Shown: in pieces, positions 1-10,115 of the stretch
Layout of the letters: each line of letters starts with the position of its first letter
Numbering within the stretch: the stretch's first letter is position 1
Source of the DNA: Spirochaetota bacterium
GTDB taxonomy: Bacteria; Spirochaetota; UBA6919; CBDBPB01
Assembly (NCBI GenBank): GCA_965208615.1
Contig: CBDBPB010000003.1
Span: forward strand, 32,001 to 96,000
Direction: 5' to 3'
Length of the DNA stretch: 64,000 bases
The notes under the pieces: generated by a model
Told to the model about the DNA's origin: nothing
The model's input: the letters and a program-made list of their open reading frames with translations, nothing else
The model's database searches: none
Position numbers and translations under genes: made by a program

Positions 1-98
1 TTTGCTTCTTCTTTTTTTGTCTCTGGTTTTTGACAATTGTTAATGGAAACTAGAAAGACCATTACCACTAAAGCACCAAACACTCTTATTGTCATCAT
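1..98 (-). CDS. 5' part of a lipoprotein gene running off the window edge, next gene of the sox cluster (SoxZ or SoxA by position)
   Basis: Not in the ORF track. The reverse strand reads AAGGAGA RBS then MMTIRVFGALVVMVFLVSINNCQKPETKKEEA..., a hydrophobic signal ending in a lipobox-like INN-C. Confidence 0.75.
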   Translation of the reverse strand, partial: MMTIRVFGALVVMVFLVSINNCQKPETKKEEA

Positions 99-194
99 TG
101 TTCTCCTTAATTATTAATTAATTTAATTATTTTATTAGACTCCAAATAGCTTTTGGACTCACTCACACAATACTACTAGATTTTTTATTATATA

Positions 195-626
195 TTAACC
201 GCATCCACCAATAGTAACCTTTATTGTTTTTTTAGCAGTATATACTTTACCATCATTCATTACAGCATAAACTCTAACTTCAGATGTTTTTCCCATTCTA
301 ATCCTAGTTGAAAAACCAACAGCTCCCATATCAGGAGTTAGTTTGCTTAAGAATACCTTTGGATTAGGATTACCAGGCACTAAAACAGATAAAGATTCAA
401 CATAATTATCTTTAGTTATAGGAAGGTCAACACTTATAGAAATAGGAATAACAGCTCCATTTTCAGCAATAACTGGAGCTTTAATATTCACTTTTTTAGA
501 GCTTATTAACTGTTTTCCTTTTGTTACATCTTTAATGATTTTTTTTAGCTTAGCACTATCCTTTCCATAGCCTATAACTCCAAATATTACTAAACAACTA
601 ATTAACATAATTTTTACTTTTCTCAT
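195..626 (-). CDS. soxY: Thiosulfate oxidation carrier protein SoxY
   Basis: AP.IAENGAVIP motif, STRIRM, C-terminal swinging arm KVTIGGCG. Confidence 0.95.
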   Translation of the reverse strand: MRKVKIMLISCLVIFGVIGYGKDSAKLKKIIKDVTKGKQLISSKKVNIKAPVIAENGAVIPISISVDLPITKDNYVESLSVLVPGNPNPKVFLSKLTPDMGAVGFSTRIRMGKTSEVRVYAVMNDGKVYTAKKTIKVTIGGCG

Positions 627-664
627 TATTTGATCTCCTTGATTTATTTTTGTTAATATAGTAA

Positions 665-1183
665 CTACTTTAAAGTATTTAAATAAGCTACTATATCCAC
701 AATATCTTGTTCAGACAAAACTTTTGTCGGTAATGCCGGTGGCATAACAGTTGACTTAAGTACATACCTTCTATCAGCAATAACTTGGAATAACCAATCA
801 TCATTTTTATAATTTTTATCACGGCCCAAGTTAGCTCGGTATTTTACTAAAGAAAAACCTATATCACCACAACCTTTTGCATCTTCTGTACAATGACAAG
901 CTGCACAGTTTCCAGTTTTTGTATTAGAAAATATTTTTTCTCCTTTTTTAGGATCACCTTTCAATCCTTTGGGATATGAATATTTTACTGGATTAGGGTT
1001 TATGTCAGAAAATATTTTTTTAGCATCAAACTTGCCATCTGTTTTATAGTCAGCAAGTGATTTGCCTTTAACGTTAGTATCTTTAGCAGTCGATTTCTTT
1101 TTTTCACCTTGACATCCTGACAAAAACATCATGGCGAAAACAATAAATATACTAAAGGTATACGTCATAATTTGTTTATACAT
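665..1183 (-). CDS. soxX: Sulfur oxidation c-type cytochrome SoxX, lipoprotein
   Basis: GDPKKG..GNCAACH heme motif, distal Met in TVMP, C-terminal DIVAYL; adjacent to soxY; lipobox FLSG-C. Confidence 0.88.
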   Translation of the reverse strand: MYKQIMTYTFSIFIVFAMMFLSGCQGEKKKSTAKDTNVKGKSLADYKTDGKFDAKKIFSDINPNPVKYSYPKGLKGDPKKGEKIFSNTKTGNCAACHCTEDAKGCGDIGFSLVKYRANLGRDKNYKNDDWLFQVIADRRYVLKSTVMPPALPTKVLSEQDIVDIVAYLNTLK

Positions 1184-1259
1184 TCACGTTCTCCTTTTGG
1201 TTTATACATTTAGATGTCTCCTTAATAAAGTTATTAAATGTAAAATACTAATTATTGAC

Positions 1260-1295
1260 TTTTTTGAAAAGTAAAATATTAATTTTTTCAAAAAA
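1260..1295. promoter_or_regulatory. Inverted repeat between cbiM and soxX (operator or terminator)
   Basis: TTTTTTGAAAA-N14-TTTTCAAAAAA; low complexity, so it may be chance. Confidence 0.3.
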
Positions 1296-1419
1296 ATGCC
1301 TATTTTAAAATGCTGGCTAGCACTTATAATATTAAGTAGATAGAAGTTGTATATTGGTAGTAAGCTTAGTTTTTACATATAAAGTAGTAATTTACCCGTA
1401 TGTATTTTTATGTATTTTA

Positions 1420-2013
1420 TTAGCGGTTTAACATATCAGGTTTTACAAATAACAAAAACCTTACCAAAAAGAAAGTAACTATACCCTCTATAACAGCAAC
1501 AGGGATATAAGCTATAACTAAAGACCTAAGTAGATATTGAACTTTCTCTCCGGTATAGACTAATATAAATATAGTAATTATGGTTGTCATCATAATGGCT
1601 AATGCAGATAATATACCTGCCCATATACTTAGGTATAAACTTGATCCCTTAAGCCTTTTGAATATTAAGTGAACAATAAAAGCAGGTAATCCCAAACTTA
1701 GACTTGTTAGACCAATCATGGTTACCCCTCCATGCTGGAACATTATTGATTGTAAAAAAAGCCCAATCACAATGGATATTATAGATAATTGCCCTAATAC
1801 TATTCCCATTAATCCGTTTAGGGATAAGTGAATAGATACTCCTCCTATAGGGATATTAATTAAAGAGGTTACAAAAAATGAGGCAGTCATAATGGCTGTT
1901 TTAGGTATATCTTCCTGATTAATCTTTTTAAGAGATATATAACTAAGACCAGCAGATATTATATATCCTCCTATAAAGAGTTCAGGTTTTACTATTCCGT
2001 CTGGCAGGTGCAT
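1420..2013 (-). CDS. cbiM: ECF-type Co/Ni transporter substrate component CbiM/NikM
   Basis: N-terminal MHLPDG metal-binding motif, SIH, LQSIMFQHGG, EG in the last TM helix. Confidence 0.92.
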   Translation of the reverse strand: MHLPDGIVKPELFIGGYIISAGLSYISLKKINQEDIPKTAIMTASFFVTSLINIPIGGVSIHLSLNGLMGIVLGQLSIISIVIGLFLQSIMFQHGGVTMIGLTSLSLGLPAFIVHLIFKRLKGSSLYLSIWAGILSALAIMMTTIITIFILVYTGEKVQYLLRSLVIAYIPVAVIEGIVTFFLVRFLLFVKPDMLNR

Positions 2014-2021
2014 ATATTATC

Positions 2022-2456
2022 CTATATTGTCTTTTTCTTTCTCATAAAGAAAAGTGCCGTACCAATTAGTCCCCAGCATACAGATAAGGCAATAATTATT
2101 TTGTGCATGCCAGATAAGTTATTAGATTCACTTGTAGCAATCATATCTTTATTAACTTGTATAGTAAGCCGTCCGCCATGTCCTGATCTATCCCTAAATA
2201 AGGCTATCCACTTTCCAGGCTTATCTGGCTTAAAGAAAAACATACCATTTTTATTCAACTGGGATAATATAACAGGTTCATCTTTATTATTTGGAGCATA
2301 AATAGAAACCTTACCAAAAAAGGCCTTACCTAACTCATCCTTAACTGATATACCTATTATCCCTTTTTTGATTATCTTACTACTTATACCATGAGAATAG
2401 CATATAGATACGCTAAATACTAAAACAGCAATCAGAATCACTCTTTTTAGATACAT
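2022..2456 (-). CDS. CbiL/NikL-like accessory component of a Ni/Co transporter
   Basis: Signal peptide with mature N-terminal His (YS-HG), G.FFFKPDKPGKW...GHG, C-terminal TM anchor; directly upstream of cbiM. Confidence 0.65.
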   Translation of the reverse strand: MYLKRVILIAVLVFSVSICYSHGISSKIIKKGIIGISVKDELGKAFFGKVSIYAPNNKDEPVILSQLNKNGMFFFKPDKPGKWIALFRDRSGHGGRLTIQVNKDMIATSESNNLSGMHKIIIALSVCWGLIGTALFFMRKKKTI

Positions 2457-2540
2457 ACAAACAACCTATAATATTAGTTTATATTTATACAAGAACAATA
2501 CTTCATTTTTAATATTAATTTTAGCAGATAAAAATATTAA

Positions 2541-2819
2541 TTACAGCTTAAACCCTTTACCAGCAAACTGTATATTATTTTGATCGTTACTCCTAGGAGG
2601 GGATACTGCATGTACTCCATCACAATAGGGACATAATCCAACATAGGTCTCCAGTATAAACTCCTTACCACAGCCCTGACACTTTGTCTTTAATGGACCA
2701 TTCGTAATTGGTTGATTTCTTATTGCTCCATTATGTGCGTTATAAACGAACTTAACAAGTTCAAGTCCTTCTGAGAATGGGCTTCCTTGTCCATCACCAC
2801 AACTATTACAGCTTGACAT
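2541..2819 (-). CDS. Small Cys-rich metal-binding protein (HypA-like zinc ribbon)
   Basis: Three CxxC motifs (CNSC, CQGC, CPYC) plus His; AGGAGA RBS; first gene of the Ni/Co transport unit. Confidence 0.7.
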   Translation of the reverse strand: MSSCNSCGDGQGSPFSEGLELVKFVYNAHNGAIRNQPITNGPLKTKCQGCGKEFILETYVGLCPYCDGVHAVSPPRSNDQNNIQFAGKGFKL

Positions 2820-3200
2820 TTATTTTCTCCTAATTAAAGTTATAATATATTGATATATGTTTAAATTTAGTGATATTCTTTATATTTGTAAAGACTTATT
2901 TATTTTTATTATACAGCTACAATGGAGAATATAAAATTAGGTTATTGTAAAAACGTTCTAAGATAATCAATTATTATAGACATTAACTGCTATAAAAGGA
3001 TAGACTGGATTATTATAATATTATATATTGACGTTATGTGTAAAGTTCCAACAAGTTGACAACTGTAATATCTTAATAGAATATTTAAGTTAACTAAGAT
3101 AAATAATATCCGTTAGAATAACCTACTAGAACCCCTCTATAACACCTTTATAAAAAAACAACTTCTTAAATTAAATAAACTTTCTAAAAGATAACAAAAT

Positions 3201-3326
3201 TGTCAATAACTTGTCAATAATAAATAAATATCTTCGTTCCTTCTATAATATTCGCCTGTGATAAACAAAATATCAACAAAATATCAACACATTTAAATAT
3301 TTAAATGTGGATAACATGTGGATAAC
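3201..3326. promoter_or_regulatory. DnaA-box cluster upstream of dnaA (oriC candidate or autoregulatory site)
   Basis: Two perfect TGTGGATAA boxes at 3306-3314 and 3317-3325; degenerate pairs at 3201-3220 (TGTCAATAA x2) and 3270-3289 (ATATCAACA x2), all at 11-bp spacing; AT-rich flanks. Confidence 0.8.
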
Positions 3327-3415
3327 TAAAATATTATATATAAAATTTATCTAAAGAAAAAATCAAATTTATAAGATAGATTTTCTATAAGACTAATCAT
3401 TAGGATAAAATATAT

Positions 3416-4761
3416 ATGCTAAAACTAGACTGGAATACCTTTGATCAATTTTTAAGAAAAACCTTTCCTAAAGATCAAGAGTTATGGTTAAATTATGTGA
3501 AGTTCTTATCATCGTCGGATAATGAAGTCTTTATATCAGTACCCAATCAACTTTACAAAGAAAGAGTCTATAGTAAATACTATAAAGCTTTAAACCAGCT
3601 ATACAAAAAACAGTTTAATAAAAAACTAAATCTCAATGTTATGATCGGAGAAGAAGAAGATATAATTGTTAAACCTACAAATAATAACCACTTCACACAA
3701 AAAACTAATAATAACTCGAAAATTAATAATAAATTAAAACTAGATATAAAATATACTTTTGATAGCTTTGTAGTAGGTAATAATAGCCTATTAGCTCATG
3801 CCGCTGCCCGAAGGATAGCTAGTGTACCCGGTGAAAATTATAATCCATTTTTTCTATATGGAGGTGTAGGACTAGGTAAAACCCATCTAATGCAGGCTAT
3901 TGGGCATCAGGTTACCATTAAAGAACCCTTTATGGAAGTAATATATGTTACCAGTGAACAGTTCACCAATGAATATATAGTATCACTACAAAAAGGCCAG
4001 GTTCATGCATTTAGACTTAAATATAGAAACGCAGATTATACTTTTAATTGATGACATTCAGTTCTTAGAAAGAAAAGAGGGAATTCAAGAAGAACTTTTT
4101 CATACATTTAATATGCTAAAAGATTCAGGTAAACAAATGGTCTTTACCAGTGATAGATCCCCCAGAGAGCTTAAAACTATTAAGGATAGATTAATATCCC
4201 GTTTTTCATCCGGATTAGTAGCCGATATTAAACCTCCTGACTTAGAAACCAGAGAAGCCATTATCAGAAAGAAAATGATAGAAAATCAAATTGTAATAAA
4301 TAAAGAAATTATTAACTTTTTGGCAACAAATATTACCAATAATGTTAGAGAATTAGAGGCATCGGTTATTAAGCTAAAATCCATTGTAGACCTGCTAAAT
4401 GAAAAATTAACACTAAAACGAGTCGAAGAAGAATTACAGGATATACTAAATTGTAATCTTACAAAAAAACACATTTCTGTTGAACCTATACAAAAAGAAG
4501 TCGCTAACTACTATAATATTAGCTATTCAGATATGAAGTCAAAAAAAAGAACCGATGTTATTGCCAAACCACGTCAAGTTGCAGTTTATCTAACTAAACT
4601 TCTTACTAACTTGTCTACTACCGAAATTGGAAACGAGTTTGGTGGTAGAAATCACTCAACTATTATAGCCTCATGTAAAAAAATAGATAAAGAAACTTAT
4701 ATCAAATGAATCCACCCGTAACGATATTGATCATCTAAAAGCTAAGCTTTTACGTATATAA
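3416..4761 (+). CDS. dnaA: Chromosomal replication initiator DnaA, with two apparent +1 frameshifts (~4036 and ~4694)
   Basis: YTFDSFVVG, Walker A GGVGLGKT, LLIDDIQ, RL.SRF, NVRELE, FGGRNHST. Removing one base at each site gives a continuous 447-aa ORF ending ...TRNDIDHLKAKLLRI*. Confidence 0.95.
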
Positions 4762-4830
4762 TAGAATCATACTAAAAAACTAACTCTGTTAAAAGCCTTA
4801 TTAACGTAAATTATTATATAGGATAATCCA

Positions 4831-5305
4831 ATGATTAAAATATTGTTCGTATGTTTGGGTAATATTTGTCGTTCTCCAGCCGCAGAGGCTGTTATGAATA
4901 AAAAAATATCAGACCAAAACCTTAAACCTTATATTAGTTGTGAATCCGCAGGCACTTCTAACTATCATATTGGTGAACTCCCCGATAACAGAATGATAGA
5001 AGCCCTTTATCAAAGAGGGTATACCACAAAAAGTAGAGGACAACAAATTAAAGAAAACGATCTTAAAAACTTTGACTATATTATTGCCATGGACTCAACT
5101 AACTATCAAGGACATTATATCACTAGATAAAAAAAAGCTTTTTACTAATAAAATCTACGAACTTAAAAACTTTTCCTCTAATCCTAAGATTACCGAAGTC
5201 CCTGATCCATACTACGGAGGTAAACAAGGATTTAATAACGTCTTAGACATCCTGGAAGACGCTTGCCACTACCTTTTAGAACATATAAAAAAAGAGAAAA
5301 TATAA
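4831..5305 (+). CDS. Low molecular weight protein-tyrosine phosphatase (one +1 frameshift ~5110)
   Basis: FVCLGNICRS P-loop in the first ORF and VPDPYYG in the second; removing one G from CAAGGAC joins the two. Confidence 0.92.
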
Positions 5306-6190
5306 ATGGATAACAATCTTAAAGACAATATAAATAATATATTAAAAGTCTATTTTAATCCAAAGGTCTACATAAAAAGCCAATCACCTGTTGGAGGAGG
5401 ATGTATTAGTAATAGCTCCATTTTAAGACTTAGTAATGGAGAATCTATATTTCTTAAATTTAACATAAACTCGCCATCAGGACTATTCAAAGCAGAGGCT
5501 AACGGCTTAAAAGAATTATATAAGGCAAATGCTATTCGTATACCAAAAGTAATTGCCTTTGAGGATAATAAAAGTAGTCCTTCATTTATTCTGTTGGAAT
5601 ACCTAGCTCCTGAAGAAAAAAAGAAAGACTTTTTCGAAATATTTGCCAGACAGTTTGCTAAACTCCATCAAACTAGAGCATCCCAACACGGCTTTTTTGA
5701 GGATAACTTTATTGGAAGCACTAAACAAATTAATACGCAAATGAATAATTGGATAGATTTCTTTAAAATTAATCGCTTAGAATATCAAATTAATCTCGCT
5801 AAAACTAATGGCTTATGGAATAATAAAATGAATATCCTTTGGACTAAACTTAGTCCTAAACTAAAAACCATCCTAAATAGCTCTAATCCATCCCTATTAC
5901 ACGGCGATCTTTGGGGAGGCAATTATTTAATTGGACCAAATGGATATCCATGTTTAATAGATCCCGCAGTATATTACGGAAATAGAGAGGCAGATCTATC
6001 TATGACTACGCTATTTGGCGGTTTTGATAAAGTATTCTATAAGGCATATAATGAGGCCTTTCCACTAGAGCCAAACTATAAAGATAGAATGGAAATATAT
6101 AAACTATATCACCTATTAAACCATCTTAATCTTTTTGGCTCCAGCTATGCCGGATCAGTATTATCGATCTTAAACAGATTTGCTGGATAG
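5306..6190 (+). CDS. Fructosamine/ribulosamine 3-kinase family protein
   Basis: VGGGCI, F.AEA.GL, PSLLHGDLWGGN, IDPA.YYG.READ, LNHLNLFG. Confidence 0.93.
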   Translation: MDNNLKDNINNILKVYFNPKVYIKSQSPVGGGCISNSSILRLSNGESIFLKFNINSPSGLFKAEANGLKELYKANAIRIPKVIAFEDNKSSPSFILLEYLAPEEKKKDFFEIFARQFAKLHQTRASQHGFFEDNFIGSTKQINTQMNNWIDFFKINRLEYQINLAKTNGLWNNKMNILWTKLSPKLKTILNSSNPSLLHGDLWGGNYLIGPNGYPCLIDPAVYYGNREADLSMTTLFGGFDKVFYKAYNEAFPLEPNYKDRMEIYKLYHLLNHLNLFGSSYAGSVLSILNRFAG

Positions 6191-6218
6191 AATTATAAGT
6201 TATAATCATTGATAGACC

Positions 6219-7106
6219 TTAGGGAGTTCTTTTTTTTATCAGCAAGTTCTTTTTATTAGTAAGTTCTCTTTTTTTGTTATTATCCGCTTTCTTTTTGCTA
6301 TTACCCGCTTTATAGTCAAATATAATGGTATACTTAAATTTAAGATTACTTTTAACTAACTTATATAACTTGTTTAACTTCTCCAAGTTATTTAAGTTAT
6401 TCCATTTTAGTTTATAATCTACTATTTCATAAATATTAACCTTTTTTATGCTATTTTTACCGTTATAAAAATAACTTATACATTTTACTACTTCTTTATT
6501 AGAGTCGAGATGTATTATCATTTTTATTCTTTTAGTAAAATCGTATACATATACCTCACCTGATTGAAAATAAAACTTTTTAGCATAAGGTTTTTTTATA
6601 TAGCGTTCTTTAAGCTTCACGCCATTTTTTAAAATAAAAAAAGTTTTTTTAGTAATCAGTTTTTTATTTGTATTATACTTGTCTATATTGTAGTAATAAG
6701 CTAATTTATAAATAAGACGATTTTTATAATAAGCATATTTATAGTTAATATAAAGGGTTTCTTTTTTAGGATATTGAATAGTTTTTTTAGCTAAAATTCT
6801 CTTTTTATATACGAATTTAATATCTTTAGTCCAATTTTTATTGTTAAACCATTTTTCCTTTACCAACAAGCCTAAGGAATTATATTTATATACCTTATAT
6901 TCAATTATACTGTCTTTTTCATTATATACTTCTTGTTGTATTTTTTGTCCTTGTTTGTTGTAATAGTTTACCAAATAGCCTTGTACATTATTTATACTAT
7001 CATATGATATTGCTCTTTTATATTTATACCTGTCAAGTTCTGGCAAAGCAAAGGTGGGTATTACTAATAGAATTAATAAAATTATTAAAGTAATCTTTAT
7101 TTTCAT
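6219..7106 (-). CDS. Secreted Lys/Tyr-rich hypothetical protein with YD/RHS-like beta-hairpin repeats
   Basis: Signal peptide (PTFA); repeated Y.YN..G motifs. Confidence 0.6.
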   Translation of the reverse strand: MKIKITLIILLILLVIPTFALPELDRYKYKRAISYDSINNVQGYLVNYYNKQGQKIQQEVYNEKDSIIEYKVYKYNSLGLLVKEKWFNNKNWTKDIKFVYKKRILAKKTIQYPKKETLYINYKYAYYKNRLIYKLAYYYNIDKYNTNKKLITKKTFFILKNGVKLKERYIKKPYAKKFYFQSGEVYVYDFTKRIKMIIHLDSNKEVVKCISYFYNGKNSIKKVNIYEIVDYKLKWNNLNNLEKLNKLYKLVKSNLKFKYTIIFDYKAGNSKKKADNNKKRELTNKKNLLIKKRTP

Positions 7107-7191
7107 AATAATGCTCTATTTATACCTATATTGTTAATCATACTTTTTTATTTTTCGTATAATTATATATACAGTTTAAATCTTTTTTAAC

Positions 7192-8421
7192 CTACTCTAA
7201 AATTAGTACGGTAATCTCAGGTGGACAATTAACTCTTATTGGCAACCAGTGTCCTAGTCCGCTATTCACATATAAGTGGTTACCATTATTCATATAATGA
7301 CCTTTAAGATATGGAAATCCAAGTTGTGCTGGCGCAACCTTTATATTACCAATTTCTCCAAAAATAAACTGTCCCCCATGGGTATGGCCAGATAGTGTTA
7401 AGTCAAAGTATTTGCTCGACTCAAAAAAACTAGTGGGATGGTGTGCTAATAAGATTTTAGTATGTTCATCATGATGCACATTATTTAGTATAGCTCCTAA
7501 ATGATGTTTAACCTTATCCTTATTAAAAGACATTTTATTCCTAGGATAGTCCATCCCCATAATATATAATTTTTCATCATATATCTTTATACTTCTACTA
7601 TCGTCAATTAGTATATCGATTCCAGTATTTTTAAATGCCCTTAAGAATTTAACCGTATTAACTATATAATCATGATTTCCCATGCAGGCATAAATCCCAA
7701 AAGGAGCCTTAAGGCTGGTCAGAGATCGTATTGCCATAGGAACTGCCTTTAAAGAATTGTTAATAATATCCCCTGTGACTACAATTATCTGTGAACCTAA
7801 TCTATTAATCTCTGGAATATATTTATCAAACTTATCCTCATTCAGAAAAATACCAAAATGAAGATCAGAAATATGGGTGATAGATAATCCTTTTAGGTTA
7901 TCAGGAAGATTATTAATTTTGATATTAACTTTGTTTATAACAAAATCATATTCACTATTATATGCTCCAACAAAGTTTAGTGTAAAAATACTTGCAGGTA
8001 GAACAACTACAGATCGCTTAAACCAACTTCGCTTAAGGTTATTAAAAGCTACTGGCTTACTAACTCGCTTATAAATATAAGAAATAGGTTTAATAGCAAG
8101 TTTAACTGTCTTATAAATAATCAAAATAAAAAATAATACTATATGCGAAAACTGCCATATATAACAAGGTAAAATATATAAAGCCTTAATAAGTCCATTA
8201 TATAGCAATGTAAAATGTGATCCATATATTGCTATTCCTAGCCAAGGCATAGATAAGAAAATACCTAAAAATAAATATGCAAATCTTATTTTTCTCTCTT
8301 TAACAGAGCTAAGATTATAACTCTTAATCCACATCATAAAACAACGATAAACATAATATTGCATTCCCCCGAAAATTAGTATAAACGATCTAAATATAAT
8401 TTCAAAATGCCATTTTTCCAT
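7192..8421 (-). CDS. Membrane-anchored metallophosphoesterase (YkuE/YaeI-like)
   Basis: N-terminal TM helices; SDLH, TGD, GNHD, LLAHHP, SGHTHGGQ. Confidence 0.9.
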   Translation of the reverse strand: MEKWHFEIIFRSFILIFGGMQYYVYRCFMMWIKSYNLSSVKERKIRFAYLFLGIFLSMPWLGIAIYGSHFTLLYNGLIKALYILPCYIWQFSHIVLFFILIIYKTVKLAIKPISYIYKRVSKPVAFNNLKRSWFKRSVVVLPASIFTLNFVGAYNSEYDFVINKVNIKINNLPDNLKGLSITHISDLHFGIFLNEDKFDKYIPEINRLGSQIIVVTGDIINNSLKAVPMAIRSLTSLKAPFGIYACMGNHDYIVNTVKFLRAFKNTGIDILIDDSRSIKIYDEKLYIMGMDYPRNKMSFNKDKVKHHLGAILNNVHHDEHTKILLAHHPTSFFESSKYFDLTLSGHTHGGQFIFGEIGNIKVAPAQLGFPYLKGHYMNNGNHLYVNSGLGHWLPIRVNCPPEITVLILE

Positions 8422-8433
8422 GATATTTATACC

Positions 8434-9204
8434 TTAATAAGACATATTAAAAAAATACACGATCAGCACTGCAAACAAAACACTATGTATAGCTTCAATA
8501 ATAGCGATTCTATATATAGACACCTTAATAAATCTCTTTATATAAAAATAACACATTTTCATAATTATAGGAATAGCACAAAGACCTATTATTAATGACA
8601 TACCGCTTAATAATGCACTTAATAAAATTATAAGCACTCCCACAGTGTAGTAGATTATAGACAATAAACCGTATGAGTTAATCATAGCTTTAGACCTTAC
8701 GAAAAAAATACTTCCAATAAAGTGAAAAGCCCATAATCCCCACAGCCAATAAGACCATATATTAATACTATTAGTTAGGATATAGTATAAGCCAGGAGCA
8801 ATTAACGTAAGACCTAAAATATTAATTATTTCGTTTATTATTTCTCTTTGAGTCTTGTTTATAGCCTGTATAATATTTAACACTAAAAGGCATAAAATAA
8901 CAACAACAAAGATTAAGCTGTAGTCATAGTCATATATAATTATAATTGGACTAAATAATATAGCACTTAAAAAAAGATAAATACAAGCCCACAATACAAC
9001 TTCATAATAAAGCTTTTCTACTTTTTGTAAGTTTTTAACAATCTTAATTATAGGATGTCTAGCAAGGAAAAAAAAAATGCTGGATAAAGTAAAAAGTATT
9101 GCGGGTATATTAATGCGTCCAACAGTAACAGCCGTAGACAGAATAGGGATTATAAACATAAACCATATTCCATGTTCTTTTGGAAAAATTGGTTTTAATT
9201 TCAT
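8434..9204 (-). CDS. YwiC-like membrane protein
   Basis: N-terminal PKEHG.W motif; multiple TM helices. Confidence 0.75.
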   Translation of the reverse strand: MKLKPIFPKEHGIWFMFIIPILSTAVTVGRINIPAILFTLSSIFFFLARHPIIKIVKNLQKVEKLYYEVVLWACIYLFLSAILFSPIIIIYDYDYSLIFVVVILCLLVLNIIQAINKTQREIINEIINILGLTLIAPGLYYILTNSINIWSYWLWGLWAFHFIGSIFFVRSKAMINSYGLLSIIYYTVGVLIILLSALLSGMSLIIGLCAIPIIMKMCYFYIKRFIKVSIYRIAIIEAIHSVLFAVLIVYFFNMSY

Positions 9205-9242
9205 TTTATTATACTTTATTAGTTATTATATAGTTTGACTTT

Positions 9243-9881
9243 CTATTCTATTTTAGGATAGAATATTTCACTAATAATTTCACCTTTAATATCATATTCA
9301 TATATCCAGTGACCAGTATTTTTACCTTCTTCTGAGTAGATATATTTTTCTTCTTTCCATTTTAGGATTTTTTCATCAATAAGTTTATAATATCTGATAT
9401 AAGATATAGCTCCCTGCCAATCATAGTGTTCTTGTTTATACAAAGTATTATTGTTATAGTAAGAAATAGACTGGATGGCTTCATTTTCGTAATACTCTTC
9501 GACTTTGGTAAGAGTTTTTTTATTACCATTTATCTTAAAATGCTTTATCATATTATATTTGCCAATATCATTAGCAATTTTAACTTTAACGATGGCATTT
9601 TCTTTTATATATTCATATTTTATATATTTATTATTTTTGAGATATTTTATAGTTGCCAAGTAGGTAATTTTACCATTAACGTTGTAATGTTTTTCAACGT
9701 ATATTTTAGTTTTTTTATATTGTACTTCATAATATAGTTTTTCTTTAGGTTTTTTAGAAATCTTATTTTTATAAGAATAGTCACCCCATTTATTTTTTTC
9801 TGCATTACTATAATAAACAGTATTACTGTATCCAAAAGAAGATATGGATACAAATAGTAGTAAGTAAAATATAGTTTTCAT
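9243..9881 (-). CDS. Secreted Lys/Tyr-rich hypothetical protein with YD/MORN-like repeats
   Basis: AAGGAGG RBS, signal peptide, repeated E.YY...G motifs. Confidence 0.65.
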   Translation of the reverse strand: MKTIFYLLLFVSISSFGYSNTVYYSNAEKNKWGDYSYKNKISKKPKEKLYYEVQYKKTKIYVEKHYNVNGKITYLATIKYLKNNKYIKYEYIKENAIVKVKIANDIGKYNMIKHFKINGNKKTLTKVEEYYENEAIQSISYYNNNTLYKQEHYDWQGAISYIRYYKLIDEKILKWKEEKYIYSEEGKNTGHWIYEYDIKGEIISEIFYPKIE

Positions 9882-10115
9882 ATAAGGTACCTCCTTAAAA
9901 AAACTAATTTATTAAAACAGTTATAATATAATTACTTTTGGAAATTGTTACTAATTATTCCAAAACTATTTTAAATAGATTTTAGATATATAAAGTAACT
10001 CTTAGAATACCCTTATAATAGCACGGTTAATAACAATATATCTATACAATAAAAGTCTTATTAAAAAGTTAACCTAATTGCTAAAATTTAACTTATATTA
10101 TATTAGTGAATATAA

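Noticed and set aside
3416-4761. dnaA pseudogene or programmed frameshifting
   Set aside because: All motifs are intact, the lesions are +1 duplications without slippery heptamers, and the same error type recurs nearby; assembly error is more parsimonious
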